The notes under the pieces are model-generated. The model ran no database searches, was not told the origin of the DNA, and saw only the letters and a list, made by a program, of their open reading frames with translations. The translations under genes were made by a program, and so were the position numbers. DNA of 63,075 nt, counting the filler, from Thraustochytrium aureum (taxonomy: Eukaryota), in the NCBI GenBank assembly GCA_012862495.1. It is 5 parts of 5 records of this genome, joined end to end, with 100 filler letters (N's around TTAATTAATTAA, not from the genome) between each part and the next. Parts side by side here need not be neighbours in the genome. Positions count along the whole stretch, not along the records: positions 1 to 22,935 come from BLSG01000263.1; positions 23,036 to 51,282 come from BLSG01000265.1; 3 more parts are not named here. One strand, given 5' to 3'. Below are positions 21,810 to 32,572 of this stretch, piece after piece (the stretch's first letter is position 1; each line of letters begins with the position of its first letter).

Positions 21810-22935
21810 TCACTCTTGGAAGATGGAGAAAGGGGCGCGCTTGCGCGTTTGTGTCGCGGTGCTCGTAGACGAGTTTAGCGACTCGTCAATCTCTGCAGAC
21901 GCCTCTAAAATACTTTCGAGCGGCGCAAAAGCAAACGAATCATCGGCATCGTCGCCTGCTTCAACATGGAGGGGCCGCCGGCTGCGCTGCGAGACGCCTG
22001 CGTCCTCGTCCGCGAAGATCTCAAACTCTTGCGCAGCACGACGTGGGGCGTCCAAGGCGTCCAAGTCGGCAACCTGCTCCCGAAAACCGGGCGGCGTCGC
22101 GGCGCGGACGATCTCAACGTCGTCTCCAAAGTTTGCGCTCAGATCGAGCGAGTCCAACGCGGCCGTGAATGCCGACCGCTCAACCTTCTGGAGGACGCGC
22201 TTTTCGTCGACGCGAGCGCCAAGATCTGCCTGCCGCCTTCTGCCAAACCTGTTTTCCTGGTCCTCGAGCTCGTCCGCCGCGCCGTCCTCTGCATCCTCGG
22301 TATCTGCGCCAAAGATAGAAAAGGGCACTGGGCGCCGCGCCGGCGCCGGCGGCTGCTCTTGCACGTCGCTCAAGACGGCAAACGGGCGGCTGCGCGGCAG
22401 CTCGGCAGCCTCCCGCTCGTCCTCTTCGTCAATCGCAAAAAATCGGAAATGGCGGCTTATCCCCGGCCCGAGCACGGCCAGTCGCGGCACTCGCGTCCTC
22501 GGAAAAGATGGAAAACGGCGCAGTACCACTCGCGGCTCCCCGCCGCGCCGGTGCGGGCGAGGGAGAGTCTTGCAGTTTGGCAAAGCAGCCGACCCAGGGC
22601 CAGTCGCGCTGTGGTCCTCGTCGGCGAGCGGCTTGGCATCGATGTCCTTCATGGACGGCGACCCAAACATCTCAAACATGTCGTCCAGGGCCATGCGCGT
22701 GTTGATCGTGAGGTCGTCCTCATCGGCTTTACCCAGCTGTCGCTCAACTGAGGGGGCTTGCTTGGAGCTCGCCGCGCGCGGTTCTTGGGCGCTGGGGGTC
22801 TGGCGCCGCGCTTCCTGCCGCGTGGTAGGCACGTCAGACTTGTCAAAGTTGCGCAGCGGCTTCTTCATGAGCGCCTCGGACTCTGTCTTGGCCTTGCGCG
22901 ACCGCTCTTTCAGTTTTGGCCGGCGACCCCGGACG
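21810..22935 (-). CDS. Bub1/Mad3(BubR1)-family spindle checkpoint protein, C-terminal half, no kinase domain
   Basis: CD1-like DDLTINTRMALDDMFEMF, several ABBA motifs (Fx[ILV][FHY]x[DE]) and KEN-like DQEN. The 5' part is cut by the linker, so the TPR domain is not visible. Confidence 0.65.
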
Positions 22936-23035
22936 NNNNNNNNNNNNNNNNNNNNNNNNNNNNNNNNNNNNNNNNNNNNTTAATTAATTAANNNNNNNNN
23001 NNNNNNNNNNNNNNNNNNNNNNNNNNNNNNNNNNN
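22936..23035. other. Artificial contig-joining linker
   Basis: N44-TTAATTAATTAA-N44, exactly 100 bp, stops in all six frames. Confidence 0.95.
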
Positions 23036-23392
23036 GTACTCGCCCTGGGCGACCGAGCCTTCGGCGGCGGCCAGGAGCCGCGACGTGGTCCCCTCCTCCT
23101 TGGTTTCGCTGGAGAGCGCCGACACGACGGCCACCACGTTCTTCTTGGCATCCGCGTCATAGTGGCTCTTGATGATGTTCGCCACCTTTTGCATCTTCTC
23201 GCTCGTGCCGAGGCTTGTCCCGCCAAACTTTTGCACCGTGACGGTCCCCTCGCGCGAGCCCCTGTCGCCCTCCGCCCCAGCCGACAGCCCCCTCGCCTGC
23301 ACGCCGTACGAGGCGCGTCTCTGCGCGCTTCGCAGGCCAGCAGCCGCTGCAGCGCGGCGAGCCGCTGCGGCGCCCACCATGCTCGCCGTCAT
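23036..23392 (-). CDS. Aspartate kinase, N-terminal part, with a probable mitochondrial presequence
   Basis: VTVQKFGGTSLG...VVAVVSALS...GTTSRLL, preceded by an Arg/Ala-rich leader with no acidic residues. Truncated at the linker. Confidence 0.88.
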
Positions 23393-24609
23393 CTCGCCTC
23401 GAGCGCACCAACACCCAGCCAGCCAACCAGCCAGCCAGACAGTCAGACAGACAGCCAGCCACGGAGCCAAGCCACGTGCACGCGCGAACGCTCTCGGGCC
23501 CCTTCGCTCTGCGCCGCTCTGCTCCAATCGGGTGTCTGCCCTGCGCCGCACGTCTCCTGGCCTGCAGTGGCTGCTGCCCACAGAGCGCACTCCCGGCGCG
23601 CAAATCGGCCCTGCACACGCGCGCAGCAGTTCAGTTCGTTAGTTGCCGAACTGGCTAGAAACTGCACCAGTCCGCCCGGATCCGCTGTCGGAGCGGAAGC
23701 TGCGGCAGCCGCTGCAGTAATGAGCGCGCTCCAGCCGTCCGCGCGGCCATTCGTCGGAACGCACGCTACCTAGCTCTCCCGGGGGTGTGCTCTCCGAAGC
23801 AGGGCGAGGCGATCGATCGATCGCGAATGGCTGCTCGCCAGTGGCTGCTCGAAACCCGGCGGGAGGCCTGGCTGCCTGGCCGTGAACTCGGCTTGCATGG
23901 GCTTGCCTGGTGCCATGGCGGACGGGCGGCAGGCGGCGAGACTCGCATTGGGTTCGTTCGCGCCGGAGGAGTACCAGAGTAGTAGGTAGTACAAGCAACT
24001 TTCTTGATCAAGCAGTACATTGCCTTCTTTACCATCATTGGTTGCAGACNNNNNNNNNNNNNNNNNNNNNNNNNNNNNNNNNNNNNNNNNNNNNNNNNNN
24101 NNNNNNNNNNNNNNNNNNNNNNNNNNNNNNNNNNNNNNNNNNNNNNNNNNNNNNNNNNNNNNNNNNNNNNNNNNNNNNNNNNNNNNNNNNNNNNNNNNNN
24201 NNNNNNNNNNNNNNNNNNNNNNNNNNNNNNNNNNNNNNNNNNNNNNNNNNNNNNNNNNNNNNNNNNNNNNNNNNNNNNNNNNNNNNNNNNNNNNNNNNNN
24301 NNNNNNNNNNNNNNNNNNNNNNNNNNNNNNNNNNNNNNNNNNNNNNNNNNNNNNNNNNNNNNNNNNNNNNNNNNNNNNNNNNNNNNNNNNNNNNNNNNNN
24401 NNNNNNNNNNNNNNNNNNNNNNNNNNNNNNNNNNNNNNNNNNNNNNNNNNNNNNNNNNNNNNNNNNNNNNNNNCAGAGAGACGGCCCGTCGCGCATCACA
24501 GCTCACGGCGGCGCGCCGCTTGGAATTGGGCGAACGAGGAGCTATTCCGGACCAAGGCGGCTGCCCCCGCCTGCGACGTCGGGCCTCAACTCCTCGCTGC
24601 ACGGCGACG

Positions 24610-26289
24610 ATGGCGCGCAAGCGGGCTCTGGGGCAGGTCCTGGCCGTGCTGGTCACGGTGCTGGGCTTGGGGGGGCTCATGCAGGGCGGTCTGCTTCACG
24701 TCACAGAGGACGTGCATCGAAAAGACACCGTGCGCAACGCAGCCGCCCCCGTCGTCGTGATTGCTCCACAAGCAACGCCGGCGTCGAGCAGCAGCGCGGT
24801 CCGGCGCGACCGGTGGCTGCGATCTGAGTTTGCGCTCTCCAGGTGCGAGCAGGATACCGTGGGCTGGAAAAAGTACAAGGCAGCGCTCAGGCGGCCTGTT
24901 CAAATCTGCGGCGGAAACGCAAGTGCAAGCCGCGTCGAGTGCTTCGTTGTGGAACGAAACATGGCGCGGTATTGTGTCATGCACAATGTGGTTGAGGTCA
25001 AGCTGGACGACGGTGTGCGATGGGTCGGGCACTGCTCGCCGACCCCAGAACTGAACCACGAGCACTTAATGAGCGAGTTTATGGCAACCAGCCCCATGAA
25101 GCGCGTGTTGACAAGGGCGGATTGGAGCGGAGTGCTTGACGCGGCCGCTGCCCCGCCCGGCACCCTCGTCCTCGTTTCTGATCGAGCCCCGCTGGACAAC
25201 GTGTCCTTGGCGGAACGCGTCGCGGCGGCTGCGAGCGCGGTCGTGGCAGAGCCCACCCCGGGCGAATCGATGGTCTACATGGCGACTTGCGACTGCGTCA
25301 GCCCAGACCCCGGGTCGTGCATGGCCGACCAGCACAACCTATACATTGCGCAAGAGCTCTTTCAAGCAGACCCAGAGTCGACCCGCGTGGTCCTCATTGA
25401 CGGGATCGCGCCCGCTGCGCACCCCGACCCAAACGGGAGTTGGCCTCACTTTTGGGAAGACTGGCAAGCCCTTGCCAGGACGATAGAGACCGCAGTGCCA
25501 GACCGCCGCTTTGAAGGACTCTTCTTCCCGACTGGATCGACTGTGAGACCCGTTCCGATGGCGGTCGCCGGACCCCAATCGTTCATGACCGGTCCGCACT
25601 GGTTTGAGTATGACAAGAGCCACGCCTGCCAAGGCATGTCTGAAGTGCTGCTCGGCGCGCTAGACCGCTCAATCGCCAAGATGGAAGAGCTGTGGTCGAG
25701 CGACCCAGCGGGCCGCTTTGAGGACGCTTGCGCCATGCTCACTCGCCTCGCGAACGAGACGAATTTTGCTGTGGTGCACAACGTGGACGCTTGCGAGGTG
25801 AGCAGGTTTTCCTCAAACATTGTTCTGTGGTTGGTTCGGGAAACGCCTCGCGGGTCTGGCGGAGGGCAGCACAAGGGGGGGCAGGTTGCCCCTCGCGTTA
25901 TAACAAACGCAGGCAGGCTTGCGGAGCAGCTCGCAGCAGAAACCGGCCGACCGGTAGTGCTCGTTGAGCCTGGCGACCTTGCATACGTTGTGCAGGTTTA
26001 CCTCATTCGAATAGCAAGAACTATCATCGGGGTCCAGGGCGGAGGGACGCTGAATGCGGCTCGCTGGCTCAACGCGCGGCTCGGACAGCGCATTGTCGAA
26101 ATTCTGGTCGACCGAGCGTTTCGCTCTTCTTGTACAATTGCGAAAGAGGTCGGCGGGCCGAACTCGTACTCTGCCGTTAAGTGCGCGTCTTGCCGGCCGG
26201 GCACGCTGCACCGCGGGGAGGTGGAGTTGGAATCTCTGCTGGAGGCCGTCCGGAGCGAGCAATCCTATATCGACTGCTCCGAAACGTGA
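24610..26289 (+). CDS. Type II membrane glycosyltransferase, GT61/EOGT-like (divergent)
   Basis: N-terminal anchor ALGQVLAVLVTVLGLGGLM. C-terminal LWLVR...PRVITN...LAYVVQVYLIRIARTIIGVQGGGTLNA...IVEI resembles the GT61 Q...IGxHGAGLxN...VEI block. Confidence 0.55.
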   Translation: MARKRALGQVLAVLVTVLGLGGLMQGGLLHVTEDVHRKDTVRNAAAPVVVIAPQATPASSSSAVRRDRWLRSEFALSRCEQDTVGWKKYKAALRRPVQICGGNASASRVECFVVERNMARYCVMHNVVEVKLDDGVRWVGHCSPTPELNHEHLMSEFMATSPMKRVLTRADWSGVLDAAAAPPGTLVLVSDRAPLDNVSLAERVAAAASAVVAEPTPGESMVYMATCDCVSPDPGSCMADQHNLYIAQELFQADPESTRVVLIDGIAPAAHPDPNGSWPHFWEDWQALARTIETAVPDRRFEGLFFPTGSTVRPVPMAVAGPQSFMTGPHWFEYDKSHACQGMSEVLLGALDRSIAKMEELWSSDPAGRFEDACAMLTRLANETNFAVVHNVDACEVSRFSSNIVLWLVRETPRGSGGGQHKGGQVAPRVITNAGRLAEQLAAETGRPVVLVEPGDLAYVVQVYLIRIARTIIGVQGGGTLNAARWLNARLGQRIVEILVDRAFRSSCTIAKEVGGPNSYSAVKCASCRPGTLHRGEVELESLLEAVRSEQSYIDCSET

Positions 26290-27706
26290 AGCCCTGCAAC
26301 AGCGCAAAACTGGCTTGCGCCGCTGCTGTAGGGCCGCAGCAAGACCCCGGTCGTCAATGAAGGCACATGGTCGCAGGCTGTTTGCCGATTGGAGTTCCCT
26401 TCACAAATCAGTTCGTCGTGACGCGCAACATCGAGCTGCGCCGGCAGCAGAACATTGCAACGGGCGGGCCGCTTGCTCTTGGGGGCGACAACCGGTGTCG
26501 CTAGCACGGTCGAATCAAAAGGCAGGCGCCACGGGCCCCTCACCCGACCAACCGTGCTCCAGCTAGATTGGGATGGACCTGTATTCGCGCCGTCGGCTTG
26601 AGCACGAGGAGAGCCGGGTCTCGGGTAGGCCCATGCGGCGCTCCAACGAGCGACGCACATCCCACCACTTGGCGATCATCTGCCGGCAAAGCAACTTTTC
26701 GCTTGGCCGACAGTCCCACGGTTTTTNNNNNNNNNNNNNNNNNNNNNNNNNNNNNNNNNNNNNNNNNNNNNNNNNNNNNNNNNNNNNNNNNNNNNNNNNN
26801 NNNNNNNNNNNNNNNNNNNNNNNNNNNNNNNNNNNNNNNNNNNNNNNNNNNNNNNNNNNNNNNNNNNNNNNNNNNNNNNNNNNNNNNNNNNNNNNNNNNN
26901 NNNNNNNNNNNNNNNNNNNNNNNNNNNNNNNNNNNNNNNNNNNNNNNNNNNNNNNNNNNNNNNNNNNNNNNNNNNNNNNNNNNNNNNNNNNNNNNNNNNN
27001 NNNNNNNNNNNNNNNNNNNNNNNNNNNNNNNNNNNNNNNNNNNNNNNNNNNNNNNNNNNNNNNNNNNNNNNNNNNNNNNNNNNNNNNNNNNNNNNNNNNN
27101 NNNNNNNNNNNNNNNNNNNNNNNNNNNNNNNNNNNNNNNNNNNNNNNNNNNNNNNNNNNNNNNNNNNNNNNNNNNNNNNNNNNNNNNNNNNNNNNNNNNN
27201 NNNNNNNNNNNNNNNNNNNNNNNNNNNNNNNNNNNNNNNNNNNNNNNNNNNNNNNNNNNNNNNNNNNNNNNNNNNNNNNNNNNNNNNNNNNNNNNNNNNN
27301 NNNNNNNNNNNNNNNNNNNNNNNNNNNNNNNNNNNNNNNNNNNNNNNNNNNNNNNNNNNNNNNNNNNNNNNNNNNNNNNNNNNNNNNNNNNNNNNNNNNN
27401 NNNNNNNNNNNNNNNNNNNNNNNNNNNNNNNNNNNNNNNNNNNNNNNNNNNNNNNNNNNNNNNNNNNNNNNNNNNNNNNNNNNNNNNNNNNNNNNNNNNN
27501 NNNNNNNNNNNNNNNNNNNNNNNNNNNNNNNNNNNNNNNNNNNNNNNNNNNNNNNNNGCGAGCATTACTTACAAGAGCGCTTGGCAGACCCGCATTCGAC
27601 GCTGTTGCGCGAGGGCTGCAGCGGCGTGCGTGCGTGCGTCGGTGTGTGCGCGTCCGTGAGGTGTTGAGGCGCGGGCGCTCCGGGCCTGCGCGCTCGGAAG
27701 GCCAGG

Positions 27707-29026
27707 ATGGGCGACCTCGGCGGCGGCGGCGGCGGGAAAATGTCGCTGCAGACGATTAGCGGAGACTTGGAACGGCAGCTGCTGAGCCAAGACCTGGCCA
27801 GGGAAAAGGACTCGGACGAGGACGGCGGCGCGAAGACGAGGGTCGAGTTTGACTCGGACTTTAGCGCGAGCGAGGAGGAGGAGAACGCGGCGCCGGACGC
27901 TGCCGCCGAGGACGACGGCAAGGAGCAGTGGAGCGAGATTCTTACAAAGTTCGGCCAAAACACAACACGGGCGTCAAGGGCGTGCGCGCAGACTATGAGG
28001 AGGCCAAGTCTATCGTTCGGCGACGGGTAAGTGCAGACAGCGAAAGGTCGCACGGCAACGAATGCGCCGTTTCCTCTAACCAAGCGGCACTGCGCAGAAC
28101 GAAACCAAGCGGCTGCAAGACGCCGAAGCCGTGCGGAAGCTCGCGTACGGCTCTACGTTTGCCGGCGAGAGCGTGTCGTTCTCGAGCCAAGCGACGGGCA
28201 AGTACGCCAAGGTAAGTCGGACACGGCCCTCTCCTTGGAGGCGAGGCTGCTGCTGACGAATCTCGTTGGCAGAAATACGACGCCGACCACGAGGACAACG
28301 ACTCCGATTCCGACGGCGAGGACGAGTTTCTGGCGCAGTATCGAGAGCAGCGAATGGCGCAGCTCTCCGGGTTCTCCCAGCTGTAAGTCGGCTCGGCGCG
28401 TGGCGCGAGCCCCGCCCGAATGGGCCACGCTGACTGGTGGCCCTCGAAACAGTCCGCAGTTTGGCCGCGTCATCTTTGTAGAAAAGTTTGCTTTCCTGGA
28501 CGAGGTCGACAACGCCGACCCGCGCACTTTTGTGGTCACGCACGTCTACGAAGAGTACATCGGCGCCTGCCGCAAGATGAACGCGGTCCTCGACCAGTTC
28601 GCCGCCAAGCACCCCCACGTCAAGGTGCTAAAGCTGCTCGCGACGGATGCAAGCCAGACGCTCTCGCATCGGGCTCTCCCAGCCTTCCTGGTGTACAAGA
28701 ACAAAGACATGGTGAACGAAAGCTCGATAGGGGTCAATGAGCACGAGTTCGGGAACGGCGACTTTGGCCTCGCCGAAGTCGAGTGGTTTTTCACGAGCCG
28801 CTACGGCATAGAGCTTGCCGGAGTGGATGTCTCGGAGCAGGAGAGAGCAAGAGCCAGCGCAAAGCAGGGGCAAGACGAAGCCGACTACGAGCGCAACGCT
28901 TGGGGCCCGGGAGCGCAGCCCACGATTGGGACCGTCAACCTCTTGGGCCAGCGCCTGGCACGCAACGTGCGCGTTTCCCGCAAGGAGGACGGCGAGGAGG
29001 AGGATGAGGGGGACGACGACTGGTAG
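27707..29026 (+). CDS. Phosducin-like protein (PhLP1 type); introns 28027-28097, 28212-28272, 28383-28452; frameshift about 27955
   Basis: NTGVKGVRADY (phosducin TGPKGV motif), DEFLAQYREQRMAQL and thioredoxin-like PQFGRV...VVTHVYE...C...LPAFLVYK. Three GTAAGT..CAG introns restore the frame. Confidence 0.85.
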
Positions 29027-29729
29027 GGCTTGGCCCGTGCGCCAGGAAAAGCCAAAAATGGTTGCTCTTACCCCGCCTTGCCTTGCCTTGCCTTTAGTTG
29101 CCTTGTTCCCACGCGCGACTGCGAAACAAATCGTTGCTGAACGGTCTCGGCAGTTCCATCATCAACTTGCTCTTTCTTTCAAATCAAGAATAGCTGGCCC
29201 ACGTCGGCGTCTGCGCTGCGCGCGAGCTGCAATCGTCACAGCACATCGTTGGAGCACACCAGCGCGTTCGAACCCGTCCGCCGCGCTAGCAAGTGGAGCT
29301 TGCGACAGGGCGGGCGCAGACTCTGCAGCCCTCATCCGTCTCCCTCGCACTCGATCGGCGTTAACCAAACTCGCGCGAAGAGCATTGGCGGCCCCGCGCC
29401 TCGAGTCAGGCACGGGCCGGCCGGGCGACGAGCGCGGTGGACTCGTTCCGTCCAGTTGACATCATGAATTCCAGAGTCATTGTGGCGCTCGCTGCCCTCT
29501 ACCGAGTGCATTCCCCGACGTAGACAAGCAAACACAAGCAATCAACGCTTCTGGAGGCCGCTTGGCGGGCCTGGCCGACTTGGTGCTGCGTCCCGGTCCG
29601 AGACGGCTCGCGGGGGGCCGAGCACCCCTCTCGCAAGACGCGGGCTGGACGGTCGGACGGCCAGACGGCCGGCCTGCCGCTGCACTCGCTGCACTCGTGC
29701 TGACTGTAGAGGATCGCGAGGGCAACAGG

Positions 29730-30796
29730 ATGCTCATACCGAGCGACCACGGCGAAGAGGACGAGTGCTGCTGTGGGTGCTGCTCGTCATGTGACGAGTG
29801 GGGTGGGCCCGCGTGCTGCAGAAACGGCGAATGCTTCGGAATGGACCTCTGCGGGGTCGTGTGCTCGTCGCTCAGCTGGGTCGTGCTCGTTTTCTGCAGC
29901 GCCACCGTCGTGACCTGCCTTGAAGACATCCCATGGCCCGTGCTCGCGGTTTACCTCGGCTTGGTCGGGCTCGCCATGTGCTCGCATGTGCAAGCCGTTT
30001 TCGGCGACCCGGGCTTTGAGCCCAAGCACACCGGCAGAGAAGAATGGGAGGTGACGCGAGCAAAAGCGGCCGAGGACGTGCGCCAGCGACTGCTGCTGCG
30101 GCGCCAGGAGGCCATTGAAGCCAACTCGGCGGTTGACACTCTCGACGAGAGCAGTGAGCAAGTGCCCATGAGGCGATCGGTCATGTCAGACAAGGAGATC
30201 GAGTTCAAGTGCGAGCGAGCAATTGAAAAGCTTCGCCGCAAGGTCAAGTACTGCAACACGTGCGAGATCTTCAAGCCAGACGGGACGCACCACTGCAGCG
30301 TGTGCAAGCGATGCGTGCGTCGCATGGACCACCACTGCCCTTGGGTAACAATTGCGTCGGCGAGGCCAACTTGCGGTACTTTCTGCTGTTCCTGTTTTAC
30401 GTTTTCGTCAGCTCGTGCTTCTCCCTGGCACTCTTCACGTACAGGAGCTATGTTGTCCTCACGCGCCCGCTGTCTATTCGCAGCGACAGCGCGCGGGGAG
30501 CGTCGGTCATGGCCTCGAGCCCGCTGCCCCTTGTGGCCTGCATCATCGCCTTTGTCCTGTGCGTCTTCTTCTGCGTTTTCGTTGTGGCAATGTCATGCGA
30601 GCAGTACGAGGCCGTCACCACGGGAATCCCAGGAATTGACGCGCTCAAAGGCGAAGGCGAAGACGAGGAGCTCGGGTTGGTCGAGGGGCTTCGGAGGCAC
30701 GCCTGCGCTGGGCGCGGCGCTTCTCCGCTTTGGTTTCTCCCCGTCGCTCTTGCCCGGCCCGCACTGAACGAGTTGAAGGTGGAAAAGCTCGACTAG
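29730..30796 (+). CDS. DHHC palmitoyltransferase (frameshift about 30346)
   Basis: DPG, then [32 protein letters not shown] followed in another frame by [18 protein letters not shown]; four TM segments. Confidence 0.93.
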
Positions 30797-30898
30797 GCCT
30801 GCTGCCCCTTGTGCCAAAGATCTATAGATAGGTAGCTCGTTCCGACGGGCGACGCCGCGCGCGAGACTGGCAAGCGCTCTCATGAGAAGAACAACTAG

Positions 30899-31864
30899 CT
30901 AGGATCCAGACNNNNNNNNNNNNNNNNNNNNNNNNNNNNNNNNNNNNNNNNNNNGCTTCCAGCATCGCAAGGCGCGCCCGCTCCCTCTCCGCCGCCGCCG
31001 CCGCCGCCGCCGAATTGGCCTCCCCGCCGCCGAGCGTGCTAAAGGCAGAGGCGTAGAATGGCGCGCCTGGCGTAACCAAGGGCGACGAAGCAGCAAAGCT
31101 GGCGCTGGCGCTGGCGTTGGCGCCGCCGACCCAAGCTGCCGACCCGAGGAGAGTGAGTGGATATTTGAGGACGGCGCTTGCTCGCTCGTTGGCACCGCAG
31201 CGTACTGCGGGAGCGGGACGCCAGCTGGCAGCGTTGGGGCCACGCGCTTGAAGAAGTAGCCCACTCCGAGGGCGCAGACCAGATCGAACGGGATGCCTCC
31301 CGAAAAGAGCGCAGAAATCACCACAATGGCGTGCGGCAAATATTCTGGTGGGATCTGGATCGGGAGGAACATTATCGACACCGGTCCTCTCGGGGGCACA
31401 ACAACGAGGAGCGCGAGAATCGTTGGGAAGAGCCCCATGCAGGCGTACACCATGAGGTGCATAGCTCCCGCCGCTTGCGACAGTGCGACCATCACTGCGC
31501 AAAACAGCACGTTGATGCTGATGGCCACCTGCGCCATCACGACGGCGGTGCGCCGCAGCCCAAGTTCTTGCTCCAGCCTGACCCCGCTCCTGTTGAGCCA
31601 CAACAACACAATCAGCAGCGAGATCACGCTGTGCTCAAACAAGGGGCTCACCACGAGCCTGTACACCTCATACTTGCGCAGCACAAACAGCGGCACTGTG
31701 GCGACCGCAGCCGGGCCCACCGCGAGACCAAGAGCGTAGCACGACACCGACCCGAGCGACAGCCCCTTCATCAGCGGCGGCGTCTCAGCGGCCCATTTGT
31801 CCAGCCAGGCTCTCGTAGAATCCACCACTCCCTGGCCTCCGCCAGCTCCCGCGCTCGCCGCCAT
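30899..31864 (-). CDS. Rhomboid/derlin-superfamily membrane protein, probably catalytically inactive
   Basis: TPPLMK, EVYRLVVSPLFEHS (WR/YR motif), GVRLEQELG and several TMs. The expected GxS position reads CMGLFP. The 3' end crosses a small gap and a frameshift. Confidence 0.7.
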   Translation of the reverse strand: MAASAGAGGGQGVVDSTRAWLDKWAAETPPLMKGLSLGSVSCYALGLAVGPAAVATVPLFVLRKYEVYRLVVSPLFEHSVISLLIVLLWLNRSGVRLEQELGLRRTAVVMAQVAISINVLFCAVMVALSQAAGAMHLMVYACMGLFPTILALLVVVPPRGPVSIMFLPIQIPPEYLPHAIVVISALFSGGIPFDLVCALGVGYFFKRVAPTLPAGVPLPQYAAVPTSEQAPSSNIHSLSSGRQLGSAAPTPAPAPALLLRRPWLRQARHSTPLPLARSAAGRPIRRRRRRRRRGSGRALRCWKXXXXXXXXXXXXXXXSGS

Positions 31865-32572
31865 CCTCGCCCGCCCGCCTCGATACGCGTCTACTCGCTC
31901 TCCTTTCTGGGGCATTCTCCACGTCTGAGCCATTCGGCAGAACTCGCGCACAACCGTCCAAGGAGCCGTTGAGTTGCTGTATTTTGTATTTTCTGAGCGA
32001 CTTGTGCCGAATGCAGCAGTCGGCTTGAGCGACCGACGGAGCTTGTCGTTCTGCTGGGCGTTGAGGAACTCGAATGCTGTCGTGTCTACTGGACAACCAA
32101 TCCAGTGACGGCTCGGCCGCCCTACGGTCCTACGCGGTTGGTCCACCGCACTTGCTGCGGCTGCCGCTCTGAACGTCAGAACAGGTTTTGTTTGGAGGTA
32201 CTTACTGGCAGAGTAAGCTCAACAGAACTGGCAAGATTGCATAGCCGTTGTGGGGTTTCTTACGGCCGGAATCAGGCCATGGGGTTCGAAACCGCGGCGC
32301 TCCAACGACACCTCTTATTCGGTCAGCTAGACGCGACAGACAGTCAGTCACAGTCCCCATTCAAACCTTAGCGGCGCAGCCACAACAAAAGGGCGCCCGA
32401 ATTCGACACAGAGCAGACTCGACGTTGCGTAGCGGCGCAGCCAGAACAAAGGTGCGCAGGGGCGCCAGAGTTGAGACTTGGGCTTCGCGTTCACGGCCCG
32501 CGCTCGAAGCCGAGACCTGCACGGAGCGACCTCGAGCCTTCAAACTCGGCGTCAGCCTCATCGTTTGCCACG

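Noticed and set aside
22980..22991. Palindromic TTAATTAATTAA recurring four times (also at 51327, 58018, 61551) as a biological element
   Set aside because: It is always centred in exactly 44+44 N and has stops in all six frames, so it is an assembly linker. Gene adjacency across it is not evidence.
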